Source: an uncultured candidate division Zixibacteria bacterium
GTDB taxonomy: Bacteria > Zixibacteria > MSB-5A5 > GN15 > FEB-12
Direction: 5' to 3'
Assembly (NCBI GenBank): GCA_963664195.1
Contig: OY760907.1
Span: forward strand, 3,456,001 to 3,520,000
Length of the DNA: 64,000 bases
The notes beneath the pieces are model-generated. The model saw only the letters and a program-made list of their open reading frames with translations, was not told where the DNA came from and did no database searches. Positions 1 through 10,153 of the stretch are shown here, piece by piece. The position numbers were made by a program, and so were the translations under genes. Within the stretch, counting starts at the first letter, position 1. Every line of letters begins with the position of its first letter.

Positions 1-522
1 TGGCATCAGACAGATTTGTCTCCTTCAGGTAGACATGGCGCATCCAAGGCAGCGACGCCTTCAACTCGTTCAGCCGCCTGATAATCCCGACCTTTCGAAG
101 CCCCCCTCCTGACTCTCCCATGGGATGAAATCCGTCAGTTGGTTCTGGTAGTCGCGGATCATCCTCTCTCTTTCAAGCCTTCTCAGCATGCGACTATGCG
201 CACGCCGTCGCAGCAGCTCGGCCTTCTTCATGCGTGCCTCACGCCGTTGATCGAGAATGGCCAGGATAACACCAAAGAGTACAATGTCAGCGAGAAATCC
301 GACTCCTTCGGCAGTCAGGTTCTCAGCCCAACCGCTGTCGAGCGTCCTGCCGACAATGCGAAAACCCCAAAGCAGGGTCAATGCGACGACAGCCGAGGCA
401 AGGATGGAATAAGGCCATACACCGGACCGCATCCACTTTGGCAGCCTGCTGGTCGTCGTCGGTCTCCACCACACAACCACCACCCACACCGCCGCCGCTA
501 TCACAAGAATATAGAATAACAC
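1..522 (-). pseudogene. Frameshifted membrane protein, probably with C-terminal pentapeptide repeats; runs off the window edge
   Basis: GTG start at 522 with GGGGAGG RBS and N-terminal TM helices. After the G6 run (C6 at 101-106) another frame continues LRKVGIIRRLNELKASLPWMRHVYLKETNLSDA, resembling the lead-in to pentapeptide repeats. Confidence 0.6.
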
Positions 523-668
523 AGAAGCCTCCCCGGAATGACGACTTGTTTGTCTTTAAGATAGGGATTATCGGCAAAAAAGCAAGACCGTGGGATTGCC
601 TGCGCTCGACACATTGCCACGCTTCAACGGCGCTGCACGCTGGGAAATCCAGGGAACCAATAAAAAAG

Positions 669-741
669 AGCCACCGAGCAGGATCGAACTGCTGACCTAT
701 TGATTACGAATCAATTGCTCTACCATCTGAGCTACGGTGGC
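669..741 (-). tRNA. tRNA-Thr(CGT)
   Basis: Cloverleaf GCCACCG...CGGTGGC, anticodon arm ATTGA-TT-CGT-AA-TCAAT, T-loop TTCGAT; CCA not encoded. Confidence 0.95.
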
Positions 742-766
742 TTATCCCGGTTCTTCCGGTCTGGCA

Positions 767-794
767 AATCTATTCAAATTCATCGGAAAGTCAA
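767..794 (-). promoter_or_regulatory. sigma70-type promoter of tRNA-Thr
   Basis: TTGACT-N16-TAGATT on the minus strand just upstream of the tRNA. Confidence 0.6.
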
Positions 795-1019
795 CACTAA
801 ATCCGTCGTACCCTGCGAAGATAACTTCAGACTGCCTCTTGAGATGCAAAGCCGGGGCAGATTGTCATCTGCCGCCCACAGACTCACATTGGCTGTAGTC
901 AGGTGAGAACACCCGGCTGCACAAAAGGGGAGGGACATTCGACTGCACTTCAGCAGGGCACCCTGCAGCATCGTTGCGGGTGGAACAACCGCAGCTCACT
1001 GTCGCGAGCCAGCAGCCGT

Positions 1020-1637
1020 CTATCCCATCCGACGGAGCAGTCCCACAACCTTGCCGGCGATTCGGAATTCCTGTACGTCCTGACCGACCAGAATCGGTTG
1101 AAATTCTTCGTTCTCCGGCTGAAGCCGCACGCCGCCGTTCTCAGGGAAGTACCGCTTCACCGTCGCTTCACCGTCGACTATCGCGACCACAATCTCCCCC
1201 GCGTTGGCAACTTCCTGTTTCTTGACTATGACCACGTCTCCGTCGTAAATCCCGGCGCCGATCATCGATTCCCCGGTGACCGTGAGACTGAACGTCTCCC
1301 CCTTCGGCATAAATGACAGGTCGAGCGCGATCTCTCCCTCGACGTTCTCCACCGAATCTATCGGATTACCGGCCGGCACCGATCCGACCAACGGCACCCT
1401 CCCGATATTGGCGGCCAGATTGCGTGTCAATTCCAAACCGCGCGAGATCAACTCGTGCTTCTTGAGATAGCCCTTCTTGATGAGGGCCGTGAGGTGCGTC
1501 CTGACGCCGTTCGTAGAGCTGATACCAAACTGCTGGCCGATTTCGCGGATCGTCGGTGAATGTCCCCTGTCGAGTATTTGAGACTCGATAAACTCGAAGA
1601 TCATGCGCTGTTTGCGGGTCAGTTCCGGCCTGGCCAT
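1020..1637 (-). CDS. lexA: SOS transcriptional repressor LexA
   Basis: N-terminal wHTH (SPTIREIG), AG cleavage site (VPAG), catalytic Ser (GESM) and Lys (ATVKR). Confidence 0.95.
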   Translation of the reverse strand: MARPELTRKQRMIFEFIESQILDRGHSPTIREIGQQFGISSTNGVRTHLTALIKKGYLKKHELISRGLELTRNLAANIGRVPLVGSVPAGNPIDSVENVEGEIALDLSFMPKGETFSLTVTGESMIGAGIYDGDVVIVKKQEVANAGEIVVAIVDGEATVKRYFPENGGVRLQPENEEFQPILVGQDVQEFRIAGKVVGLLRRMG

Positions 1638-1671
1638 GCCTCTTCCTTTCGGTTCCCTGCCTTACCTTTAC

Positions 1672-1703
1672 TGCACACTACTGCCCATTTGTTCATCTGT
1701 CAA
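1672..1703 (-). promoter_or_regulatory. lexA promoter with overlapping candidate SOS box
   Basis: TTGACA-N17-TAGTGT on the minus strand; imperfect palindrome TGCCC-ATTT-GTTCA (1682-1695) in the spacer. Confidence 0.6.
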
Positions 1704-1752
1704 TGACTTTTCGGACTGAAATCGAAGAAACCCGTCAGCCCTCGACCTGCTC

Positions 1753-1783
1753 AAAAAAAGGCGTCCACCAATGGCGGACGCCC
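1753..1783 (-). terminator. Intrinsic terminator after the EF-G paralog
   Basis: GGGCGTCC/GGACGCCC hairpin followed by T7 on the minus strand. Confidence 0.7.
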
Positions 1784-1809
1784 ATGTAACGATAAATGTA
1801 ACGCGAAGA

Positions 1810-3891
1810 CTATGCTTCGGCCTCTTTTTCAGCCTGAGCCTCGGCGATGATCTTCTGTGCAGCGTCGTGAGGAACGTTCTCATAGTGCGAGAATTCCATC
1901 GAGTACACCCCCTGTCCCTGCGTCATCGAACGAAGATCAACCGAGTACTGATACAGCTCAGCTCTCGGCACCTGCGCACGGATGCGCTGGGAGCCACCCT
2001 CCGGATCCATACCGGCGATTTTGCCGCGACGGGACGAGAGGTCTCCCATCACATCACCGGTGAAGTCATCCGGCACGAGAACTTCGATATTGTAGATCGG
2101 TTCGAGAATAACCGGCTTGGCATCCATAAAACCTTCTCTGAAGGCCTGCGAACCGGCGATTTTGAACGCCATATCGGAAGAGTCCACATCGTGGTACGAT
2201 CCGAAGTACAGCGCGACCTTGACGTCGACCACTTGCGCACCGCATAGCGCTCCGGAAACCATGGATTCAACGATTCCCTTTTCCACAGCCGGTATAAATT
2301 TCGTAGGGATCACGCCGCCCTTGATCTCATCAATAAACTCGAAACCGCCGCCTCTGGTATTCGGCTCAATCCTGATATGTACGTCGCCGTACTGACCGCG
2401 TCCACCGGACTGCTTCTTATGCTTGTACTGCTTCTCAGCCTTGGCAGTAACCGTTTCCCGATACGGGATTTTCGGTTTCACGAGTGTGCATTCGACACCA
2501 AAGCGCGACTGGAGTTTTTCCATAAGCACCTCGATCTGGGTAGATCCCTGAGAATACAGCACCTGCTGTCTGAGGGCGGCGTCTGCCACCAGACGGAAAG
2601 TCGGGTCTTCCTCATGCAGCTTGTGGAGGCCGGAAGCGATCTTCTCCTCATCGCCCTTGGCTTTCGGCCTGATGGCTACGTCCATGACCGGATCGGGGTA
2701 CGCCGCGCCGTTGGCACTCACATCGTACCCTTTCTGGGCCAGCGTGTTGCCGGTGTGTGTGTTCTTGAGCTTGACGGCGACACCAAGATCTCCGGCTGAC
2801 AGCGAAACGACATCGATTCTGTTTTTCCCCTGGAACGTATAAAGCTGAGTCATCCGTTCAGTAGCACCGGTTTGCTGATTGACCAACTCAGTACCACCGG
2901 TAAGCTTGCCGGACAATACTTTGAAGAAAGCCAGTTCCCCAAGGCGAGCTTCAGTCAGGTTCTTGAAGACGAATATCGCAGCCTTACCGTTCGGGTCGGC
3001 AGCGATTTCTATCGCCTCTTCAGTACCGGACTTGACACCGTCCATGGGAGCTAACTGATTGGCGGATGGGAGATATTCGGCAGCAAAGTCAAGTAACAGT
3101 TCAACTCCGATATTCTTCGAGGCACATCCAAACAACACCGGGTATAGCTTGCCTTTGGCAAGTCCGGCTCGGATCCCCTTGACGATATCGTCCGGCTCCA
3201 GCGTACCGACATCAAAGAACTTCTCAAGCAACGCGTCATCAGATTCAGCGGCAACTTCAATCAGGCTCTCGCGCCGGGCATCGGCCTCATCTTTGAGATC
3301 GGCAGGAATATCGACTTCAGTTTTCTTGTCACCGTCATACGTGTAGGCCTTCATGTGGAGAAGATCGATCAACCCCTTGAAGGTCTCCCCTTCACCGATT
3401 GGAAGCTGTATAGCGACAGCACTCTTGCCAAAAGCAGCCTGTACAGACTCAAGCGCCTGCTGCCACTTGACGTTTTCTTTCTCCATCTTATTGACGAAAA
3501 ACAGGCGAGCAAGCCCCTTCTCAGGCATCGCTTTCCACTGTAACTGAGTGCCTATCTCGGCCCCGGAGCCGGCGTCGATAACCATGCAGGCCGCGTCGCT
3601 GACATGGGCGCTGGAGATAACCTCTCCGATGAAATCCGCGTGCCCTGGGCAATCCAGGAGGTTGATTTTCTTCTTGTTCCAGCTACAGGCCAGCAGCTTT
3701 GAAACGAGAGACGATTTACGGGAGATTTCTGCGTCGGTGTAGTCGAAATACGAGCTGCCGTCATCAGATCTGCCTACCCGATTGTTTGCCCCAACACAAA
3801 ACGCAATCGCGTCTGCCAGGCTCGTCTTGCCACAGCCGCGCTGTCCGGCCAGACACATATTACGAATATCCTCAGTCGCAAACTCCTTCAC
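1810..3891 (-). CDS. fusA: Elongation factor G paralog (EF-G2-like)
   Basis: 693 aa; GQRGCGKTS, DCPGHADF, NKME, KKQSGGRGQYG, SYHDVDSS; divergent G1 and switch I; not in a str operon. Confidence 0.9.
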   Translation of the reverse strand: MKEFATEDIRNMCLAGQRGCGKTSLADAIAFCVGANNRVGRSDDGSSYFDYTDAEISRKSSLVSKLLACSWNKKKINLLDCPGHADFIGEVISSAHVSDAACMVIDAGSGAEIGTQLQWKAMPEKGLARLFFVNKMEKENVKWQQALESVQAAFGKSAVAIQLPIGEGETFKGLIDLLHMKAYTYDGDKKTEVDIPADLKDEADARRESLIEVAAESDDALLEKFFDVGTLEPDDIVKGIRAGLAKGKLYPVLFGCASKNIGVELLLDFAAEYLPSANQLAPMDGVKSGTEEAIEIAADPNGKAAIFVFKNLTEARLGELAFFKVLSGKLTGGTELVNQQTGATERMTQLYTFQGKNRIDVVSLSAGDLGVAVKLKNTHTGNTLAQKGYDVSANGAAYPDPVMDVAIRPKAKGDEEKIASGLHKLHEEDPTFRLVADAALRQQVLYSQGSTQIEVLMEKLQSRFGVECTLVKPKIPYRETVTAKAEKQYKHKKQSGGRGQYGDVHIRIEPNTRGGGFEFIDEIKGGVIPTKFIPAVEKGIVESMVSGALCGAQVVDVKVALYFGSYHDVDSSDMAFKIAGSQAFREGFMDAKPVILEPIYNIEVLVPDDFTGDVMGDLSSRRGKIAGMDPEGGSQRIRAQVPRAELYQYSVDLRSMTQGQGVYSMEFSHYENVPHDAAQKIIAEAQAEKEAEA

Positions 3892-4048
3892 CTGGAAACC
3901 TCCAAACTAGACAAAAACTATGTATATACTACCCGAATCACCTATGAGTGACGGGATTCTGTTCAAGTCGTCCAGTATATTACATAGCCTGTTGATTGTC
4001 AATCGGTTTTGGCGGAGTTGCACGGGCACACAGCGCCCGTCCAGAAGC

Positions 4049-4079
4049 AAAAAAAAGGCCCGTCATTTGTTGACGGGCC
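4049..4079 (-). terminator. Intrinsic terminator after yceI-like gene
   Basis: GGCCCGTCA/TGACGGGCC hairpin followed by a T-run on the minus strand. Confidence 0.7.
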
Positions 4080-4096
4080 ATAATAGTCAAACCTCG

Positions 4097-4681
4097 TCAG
4101 CCAGCCTTATTCAGCTCGACTTCAAGCGTGATTTCAACAGTGTTTCCGACAACCAATCCACCCGTTTCCATTGTCCGGCTGAAACTCACACCGAAGTCCT
4201 GACGGTTGATCTCTCCGGTTGCACTGAAACCGGCTTTGGTCGTCCCCATGAAATCCGCTGAACCACGGAATTCCGCATCAAGAACAACTTCTTTGGTCAC
4301 ATCACGAATCGTCAAATCACCGACTATCTGAAACTCATTGCCCTTCACGTTGGTGATCTTCTTTGACACAAACCGTATTTCAGGGTACTTTTCGGCATCG
4401 AAGAAATCCGGTGCACGAAGGTGCTTATCTCTATCCGCGTTGTCAGTATTGACCGAGGCGACATCGATAGAGACCTCTACCTTGCCCTTCTCAAACGACT
4501 TGCCGTCGAATTCCACGATGCCGGAGAACTTCGTGAAGTTGCCGGCAGTGCTGGATATCACCAGATGACTCACTTTGAACCCGACCGACGAGTGAGCGGC
4601 ATCCAACTCCCAACTCTCTGCCGATACGACGGAGGCCATCAACAAAACGGCCAACACCAAAACGCTGCTTTTCTTGAACAT
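4097..4681 (-). CDS. YceI family polyisoprenoid-binding periplasmic protein
   Basis: ATG 4681 with GGAGGA RBS; signal peptide; WELDAAHSSVGF and RDKHLRAPDFFD motifs. Confidence 0.9.
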   Translation of the reverse strand: MFKKSSVLVLAVLLMASVVSAESWELDAAHSSVGFKVSHLVISSTAGNFTKFSGIVEFDGKSFEKGKVEVSIDVASVNTDNADRDKHLRAPDFFDAEKYPEIRFVSKKITNVKGNEFQIVGDLTIRDVTKEVVLDAEFRGSADFMGTTKAGFSATGEINRQDFGVSFSRTMETGGLVVGNTVEITLEVELNKAG

Positions 4682-4772
4682 AGACAAATCCTCCAGGTCC
4701 TCGTGGACAATAATGATCCTATTTGTATTATCCCGATAACCCGGAGATCGGGAAATTGGTTCCTGAGGATTG

Positions 4773-5153
4773 TCAGCGGGCAAAGAAGACGAGTGCGGCA
4801 CCGGTAATATAGGCTGCCACCCACCAGATGTACGCCAAACGGGAATACAGGTGGAATCCGGAGGTGACCTCGGCATCACCGTGGGCCAATCGATGCCTCC
4901 AGGCGAGGGCCGTATCGGTCAGCATGGCAACCAGAGAGGAGTAACCGAGGAGGCCGTGGAGCGTAAACGGAGAGTTACTGGAACCGATTATCATGCAAGC
5001 GGTTGCGATAACGTCAAAGATCACGCCTACCGTAAGGAAGCGGATTACTCGCTGCGAGACCCGGTGGGTCCGTTGTTCGGTAATGATCCCGATTGAGTAG
5101 GCAATCAGGGCCAGATTGACGATTGTAGTGCCGGCGATTAGAATCGGTTTCAA
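4773..5153 (-). CDS. Small 4-TM membrane protein (TIGR03987/HsmA-like)
   Basis: Four hydrophobic segments, ALIAYSIG and HGLLGY motifs; GAGGAG RBS. Confidence 0.6.
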   Translation of the reverse strand: MKPILIAGTTIVNLALIAYSIGIITEQRTHRVSQRVIRFLTVGVIFDVIATACMIIGSSNSPFTLHGLLGYSSLVAMLTDTALAWRHRLAHGDAEVTSGFHLYSRLAYIWWVAAYITGAALVFFAR

Positions 5154-5402
5154 TACAGCAGTCTCCTCGTATATTCTGAGTGTGAAACAGGCCCCGCCTG
5201 TGCGTATATTCTGTACGACTACCAGTCAAACGCTTGCGCCCTGACCATCGCATAACGCGGAAATCGGGGCGCTTTTGCTATCTGACCGACACACGCGGCT
5301 TTTCAACGGGCACACTCACGCCGACTCGTCGGGTTTGTGCCGCGCACGAAAGTGACAACTCGTGGGCGGCAGACGGAACGTCTGCCCCAGCCTCACATTA
5401 TG

Positions 5403-5972
5403 TCAGGCTTTCCGCTGCCGCACGGCCTCATACAAACACACTCCGGCGGCCACAGATACATTGAGGCTCTCAACCGATCCCGCCATCGGAATGTTCGCGA
5501 GAAAATCGCACTTCTGCGAGGTCAGACGCCTTATCCCCTGCCCTTCAGCCCCGAGCACAATCGCAAGCGGTCCTTTGAGATCAATATCGTAGAACGATTC
5601 CTCTGCCTGATCCGAAGTCCCCACCAACCACACACCGTCCTTCTTGAGCTGATCCAAAACGCGAGCCAGATTCGTAACGGCCATCAACGGCACATGCTCT
5701 GCCCCACCGCAGGCAATCTTACGCACCGTGTCGGTCATGCCGACCGAGCGGTCTTTCGGCACGATCACCGCGTGGACACCGGCCCCGTCGGCTGTGCGAA
5801 GACACGCCCCGAGATTGTGAGGATCTTGAACCCCGTCGAGTATCAGAAGAAACGGAGGGCCGTCAAGGTTCTCGAGCATCTCAAAGAGATCATCCTCGTT
5901 GAGCGTCCTAACCGACTCCGAATAATCCGTATGTGTGTGCGTCCTTTTTGAGAACGCCCGTGATTTGCGCAA
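5403..5972 (-). CDS. TrmH/SpoU family RNA 2'-O-methyltransferase (RlmB-like, catalytic domain only)
   Basis: [16 protein letters not shown] and [13 protein letters not shown] motifs; no N-terminal substrate-binding domain. Confidence 0.85.
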   Translation of the reverse strand: MRKSRAFSKRTHTHTDYSESVRTLNEDDLFEMLENLDGPPFLLILDGVQDPHNLGACLRTADGAGVHAVIVPKDRSVGMTDTVRKIACGGAEHVPLMAVTNLARVLDQLKKDGVWLVGTSDQAEESFYDIDLKGPLAIVLGAEGQGIRRLTSQKCDFLANIPMAGSVESLNVSVAAGVCLYEAVRQRKA

Positions 5973-6166
5973 ACTGTCATCTCCTATTTAGTGCCTGATA
6001 AGGTATGTTTTTCGTCCGTCAAGCGCAAAGAGAAAGGTGCCCGACGCGGGCGAAGTCAACTCCGGAGGGTTATTCTTGACCGGCGAGAGACTATTGCCGA
6101 TGTTACACGTATAACCGTTAACGAAAAGCCCGCCAACCCGGCTTGTTGCAATAGAGGAACTCCGAA

Positions 6167-7456
6167 GTGACCAAGGAATCTTACATGCTCCCAGTCTTCG
6201 CCATTGTCGTGTTGTGCCTCATGCTCGTCTCCTGCGGCGATGACGATCCGGTCGGACCCGATCCCGACACCACCCGCCCGACAATCACCGAAGTCTCCCC
6301 TGTCGACGGCGCCCAGCTCATCGCCCGCGATGCCGTCGTCACCGCAACTTTCTCTGAAGACATGCGCGTCTCAACGATTGACTCGGCCGCTTTCGAAATC
6401 ACGCCGGACGTGCCGGGTTCCGTCAGCTACGACAACCGCGTGATGACCTTCACGCCCTCGCAGTTGCTCGACAGCAACATAACCTACACGGCCACTGTAA
6501 CGACTGCCGTCAAAGACACTGCCGGAAACGCATTGGCGTCGGATTTCTTCTGGGAGTTCTCGACCTCAACGGTCGCGATGATCTCCCCCGCCGACGGTGC
6601 CGTAGTCGGTGACCTGGTACTCATCCAAGTGGGGGACGGTAGTTCCGGAGTTATTGACCATGCGGAGTTTTTCATCGACGGCTCCCTAGCCACGACCGTT
6701 TCGGCCCCACCCTACCTTCACCTCTGGAACGCCGCCGGCGAGGACTTGGGTAGTGAGCATGAAATCATCGCGAGCGCGTATGATTCAACTGGTGCCACAA
6801 TCCTCAGCGACACGGTCACCGTGCATTATCTCTGGGAGTTACTCATAGCAGACGACAGTCTGGAGTTCGATGCCGGTTCCGGTCTCATAGTCGCCCGCGA
6901 TCTGAAGAACATCTACGCAAGAAGCACCTCGACTCAGCTACAATTCCGAGTCGAAACCAACCGCGGTTGGGGTGACTATGACGATCCCAACGAAGGCATC
7001 GACGTCGTCCTGTTCATGGACACTGATCAAAATGGTGCAACTGGAAGAGACCGTGTGGAATCGGTCGATACTTACATGCTTAATGGAATCGGTGCGGAGG
7101 CCCGTGTGATAGTCGGCAACAATGGGAATGACCTCTGGACGTACTCTACTAGCTGGATATCTCGAGGAGGCGCAAATCTGCTGAACATTGTTGACAGCTC
7201 CAATTTCTTTGAAGTCGGCGTTAATCTGAGCAGGCTCGGCAATCCGACCGCACTAGACATAGTGGCGGCAAACTTCACTTACTCCACAAACGGTATGAGC
7301 AGCGCGTATCTGTGGGACTGGGCACCCAATCAAGGCGAAGGGTTTGCTACCTACGTAATCGACAACTCCTACCAGGCTGCCCCGGCTCGGCCAAATGCCA
7401 AGTCGTCCAACCGCGTCGCAAAGGCGGCCGGGAGTAAGGCCAATCCGTTCGATTGA
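6167..7456 (+). CDS. Lipoprotein with bacterial Ig-like domains
   Basis: Lipobox LVSC; DTTRPTI..VSP..ATFSEDM Ig-like domain and a second Ig-like domain; GAGGA RBS. Confidence 0.75.
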   Translation: MTKESYMLPVFAIVVLCLMLVSCGDDDPVGPDPDTTRPTITEVSPVDGAQLIARDAVVTATFSEDMRVSTIDSAAFEITPDVPGSVSYDNRVMTFTPSQLLDSNITYTATVTTAVKDTAGNALASDFFWEFSTSTVAMISPADGAVVGDLVLIQVGDGSSGVIDHAEFFIDGSLATTVSAPPYLHLWNAAGEDLGSEHEIIASAYDSTGATILSDTVTVHYLWELLIADDSLEFDAGSGLIVARDLKNIYARSTSTQLQFRVETNRGWGDYDDPNEGIDVVLFMDTDQNGATGRDRVESVDTYMLNGIGAEARVIVGNNGNDLWTYSTSWISRGGANLLNIVDSSNFFEVGVNLSRLGNPTALDIVAANFTYSTNGMSSAYLWDWAPNQGEGFATYVIDNSYQAAPARPNAKSSNRVAKAAGSKANPFD

Positions 7457-7544
7457 CCGGCGAGGTTAAACAAAGCAACTCAGACTGCCGTCTTTCGTAA
7501 GGACATAGTAAGGTGATTTGCCCGGGACTCAAGGAGAGAGCTTG

Positions 7545-8747
7545 TTGACCTCAGCTAACGTGTTCAAGTACACCGTGATTCTGATCAGTCTCGCCCTGCT
7601 GTGCGTGTCCTGCGCCGACGACAACAACCCCTACACTCCGCCTGAGCCACCGGTCGATCCGCAGGCCCCGGTCATCAATCAAATGGTGCCCGACAGCGGT
7701 GCCCCAGGCTCCATTATCATGCTCTACGGCTACAATTTCTCCTATGATATCACGGCAATCAACGTCAGTTTCGGATCTCAATCGGCAGTAGTCAACGCCT
7801 CAAAACCGTACGAGATATCAGTCACGGTTCCTCGAGGCATCACCACAGGACCTATCGAAGTCAAGATAGACGGTCACATTGGCACTTCTCAGACAGACTT
7901 CACAGCCCTCTTCGAACCAATTTCGTACCAGGGCAGCACAGGCCCCTGGACGGACATCGTCTGGACCGGCAATCGATTCGTCGCTTCTGGCGACCATGGC
8001 GCTATCCTGACTTCGCAAAACGGTCTCGATTGGACAACATTACAGGCGCCGACGGCTGGCTCACTTTGGTCGATAGCGCACAACCCAACCGGCATTGTAG
8101 CTGTGGGCGAAGACGGCGCGATTGTCTTCTCGGAAACAGGTGAACACTGGACTCTGCAATCCGCTCCTGCCGGAGTGAACGGCAATCTGGTTAGTGTGGC
8201 CGCGTCGCCCGGTCGGTTCGTTGCAGTACCCTCACAAGGAAACTACATCCTCAGTTCCGCGAACGGCCGCAGTTGGCAGAAGCACGATCTGGATTCAACC
8301 TGGACCATGAGCCACGTCGCCTACGACGGCCGGTTTGTAGCGTTCGTCAACCGAGCCTGGCTACTGGCATCTTCCGACGGCCTTACGTGGACAACGACGC
8401 CCACTCTTCTAGTAGAGCCACCCGTACAAAACAGCGCCTGGTCCGGACGGTATCTGATCATCACCAAGCGAAGTGCCATGTTTCGCCGCATGAGCGAAAC
8501 AACCTGGTCCGATGACACCCCGAGCAGCTCGCTCATGGCCGAATTCTCTGACATCACCTGGGACGGAACCAGATTCATAACCGTCGGCGATGGTGCAGTC
8601 ATCACGGCGCCGGCCAACGGCCGCTGGAGCAAGTATGCGCGGTTGGGACTCTCCTCCTCGTTTCCGCCTCGAATCGCCGCCAACGAAAACGTATGCGTGG
8701 TAGTCGGCGGTTACGGTTCTCGGGTGCTCGTCTGGCAAAGATCGTAA
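7545..8747 (+). CDS. Lipoprotein with IPT/TIG domain and beta-propeller (Asp-box-like) repeats
   Basis: AAGGAG RBS before TTG; lipobox CVSC; PDSGAPGSIIMLYGYNF IPT motif; repeated SxDGxxW motifs. Confidence 0.75.
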   Translation: MTSANVFKYTVILISLALLCVSCADDNNPYTPPEPPVDPQAPVINQMVPDSGAPGSIIMLYGYNFSYDITAINVSFGSQSAVVNASKPYEISVTVPRGITTGPIEVKIDGHIGTSQTDFTALFEPISYQGSTGPWTDIVWTGNRFVASGDHGAILTSQNGLDWTTLQAPTAGSLWSIAHNPTGIVAVGEDGAIVFSETGEHWTLQSAPAGVNGNLVSVAASPGRFVAVPSQGNYILSSANGRSWQKHDLDSTWTMSHVAYDGRFVAFVNRAWLLASSDGLTWTTTPTLLVEPPVQNSAWSGRYLIITKRSAMFRRMSETTWSDDTPSSSLMAEFSDITWDGTRFITVGDGAVITAPANGRWSKYARLGLSSSFPPRIAANENVCVVVGGYGSRVLVWQRS

Positions 8748-8850
8748 ACCTGCCTTTGCCGGACGTTTATCTCCACTATTGCCTCTTGACTTCCGACTCC
8801 GTTTCACGGACATTGAATCACGCAAAGAACAAACTCAGTGAGGTTAGCAA

Positions 8851-9495
8851 ATGCCACGTCGCAGCTTGATTTCAATTGTCTTTGGTTTGTCAGTCTTGGC
8901 GCTCGCCTGCTCGGCACAGAAACCAGACCATTTCAAGGCAGGAGACGTACTCTTTCAGGATCTGAATTCTCCACAGAGTCAGGCCGTAAAGCTTGCCACC
9001 GGTTCAGAGTTCACGCACTGCGGGATCGTCCTCGAACGCGAGGGTGAACTTGTTGTCTACGAAGCGGTTCAACCCGTGCGCGTAATACCTCTCAAACAAT
9101 GGATCAATCAAGGCGTTGAAGGCCGCGTCGTTTGCAGGAGGGTGAAATCCTCGGGTCTGGATCCGGCGAATCTGGAGAAAATGCGGCTCGTCGCCGAAAG
9201 TCACCTCGGAAAAAACTACGATCTCTATTTCGGTTGGTCCGATGATCGTATGTACTGCTCGGAATACGTCTGGAAGATATATGACCGGGGCCTGGGAGTC
9301 GAGCTGGCAGCACCCCGCAAGCTGGCCGATTACGACCTCTCTCACCCGGCCGTTCAAGCAAAGATGGCCGAACGATACGGTGACGATGTACCGCTTGATG
9401 AGCCGGTCGTGGCACCCTCGGACCTTTATCAATCAACTTTTTTGGAAACAGTCTATGATAGCAAGAGCGGCAAAGAGAAACAAACGGGCGATTGA
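8851..9495 (+). CDS. YiiX/YebB family permuted papain-like amidase (lipoprotein)
   Basis: GDVLFQ, THCGIV (His) and YCSEYVWK (Cys) in permuted NlpC/P60 order; lipobox LAC. Confidence 0.9.
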   Translation: MPRRSLISIVFGLSVLALACSAQKPDHFKAGDVLFQDLNSPQSQAVKLATGSEFTHCGIVLEREGELVVYEAVQPVRVIPLKQWINQGVEGRVVCRRVKSSGLDPANLEKMRLVAESHLGKNYDLYFGWSDDRMYCSEYVWKIYDRGLGVELAAPRKLADYDLSHPAVQAKMAERYGDDVPLDEPVVAPSDLYQSTFLETVYDSKSGKEKQTGD

Positions 9496-9540
9496 GTCGC
9501 TGCCGACCAAACAGCCGGCAGCACTCTTCACTCGTAGCCG

Positions 9541-9933
9541 TTATTCCTTCTTCAGATATGTAATCAATGACACGGTCCCGCCGGTCGGATCAGTAATCAC
9601 GCTGAACCGTCCAACTTCCGGAATGTCGGTGGGTGGCACGCACACCTTACCACCGAGTTTCTCCACGTGCTTGCAGCTTTCATCGACATTCTCGACCGTA
9701 ATATAGGACATCCAATGAGGCGGTAGGTCTCCCCACTCTTCGGTCATCTGCATCATGCCGCCAACCATTGCCTCGCCGTCTTTGAGTATGGTGTACTTGC
9801 CTCCCGACCCCATATCCATTTCGGCGGTGGTCCAGCCAAGTAGTTTCGTATAGAAGTCACCAGCGGCCTTGGTGTCTTTGGTCGCGAGTTCGTTCCAACT
9901 GAAATGTCCGTGCTTCATGCTATCGTCTGACAT
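9541..9933 (-). CDS. VOC/glyoxalase family protein
   Basis: WNELAT...FYTKLLGW, HWMSYITV, GRFSVITDPTG. Confidence 0.9.
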   Translation of the reverse strand: MSDDSMKHGHFSWNELATKDTKAAGDFYTKLLGWTTAEMDMGSGGKYTILKDGEAMVGGMMQMTEEWGDLPPHWMSYITVENVDESCKHVEKLGGKVCVPPTDIPEVGRFSVITDPTGGTVSLITYLKKE

Positions 9934-10153
9934 GTTCCATTCCTCCGGGTTTGTGTTTGGGCTTTCAAGATGTACGCATATACCCTATAAGGCAATCACA
10001 TACCTCACGGTTCCAGACAAATGTGATCCTGAATAATCACGCCCCGTACAAAAGAGCCTGCGAGCAATCTGCTCGCAGGCTCTCTCTGTCCCCCCGACAT
10101 AGCACAACAAGAAAAAGGCGGTCTGTTACGACACGCCCATCACCTTTTACCTT

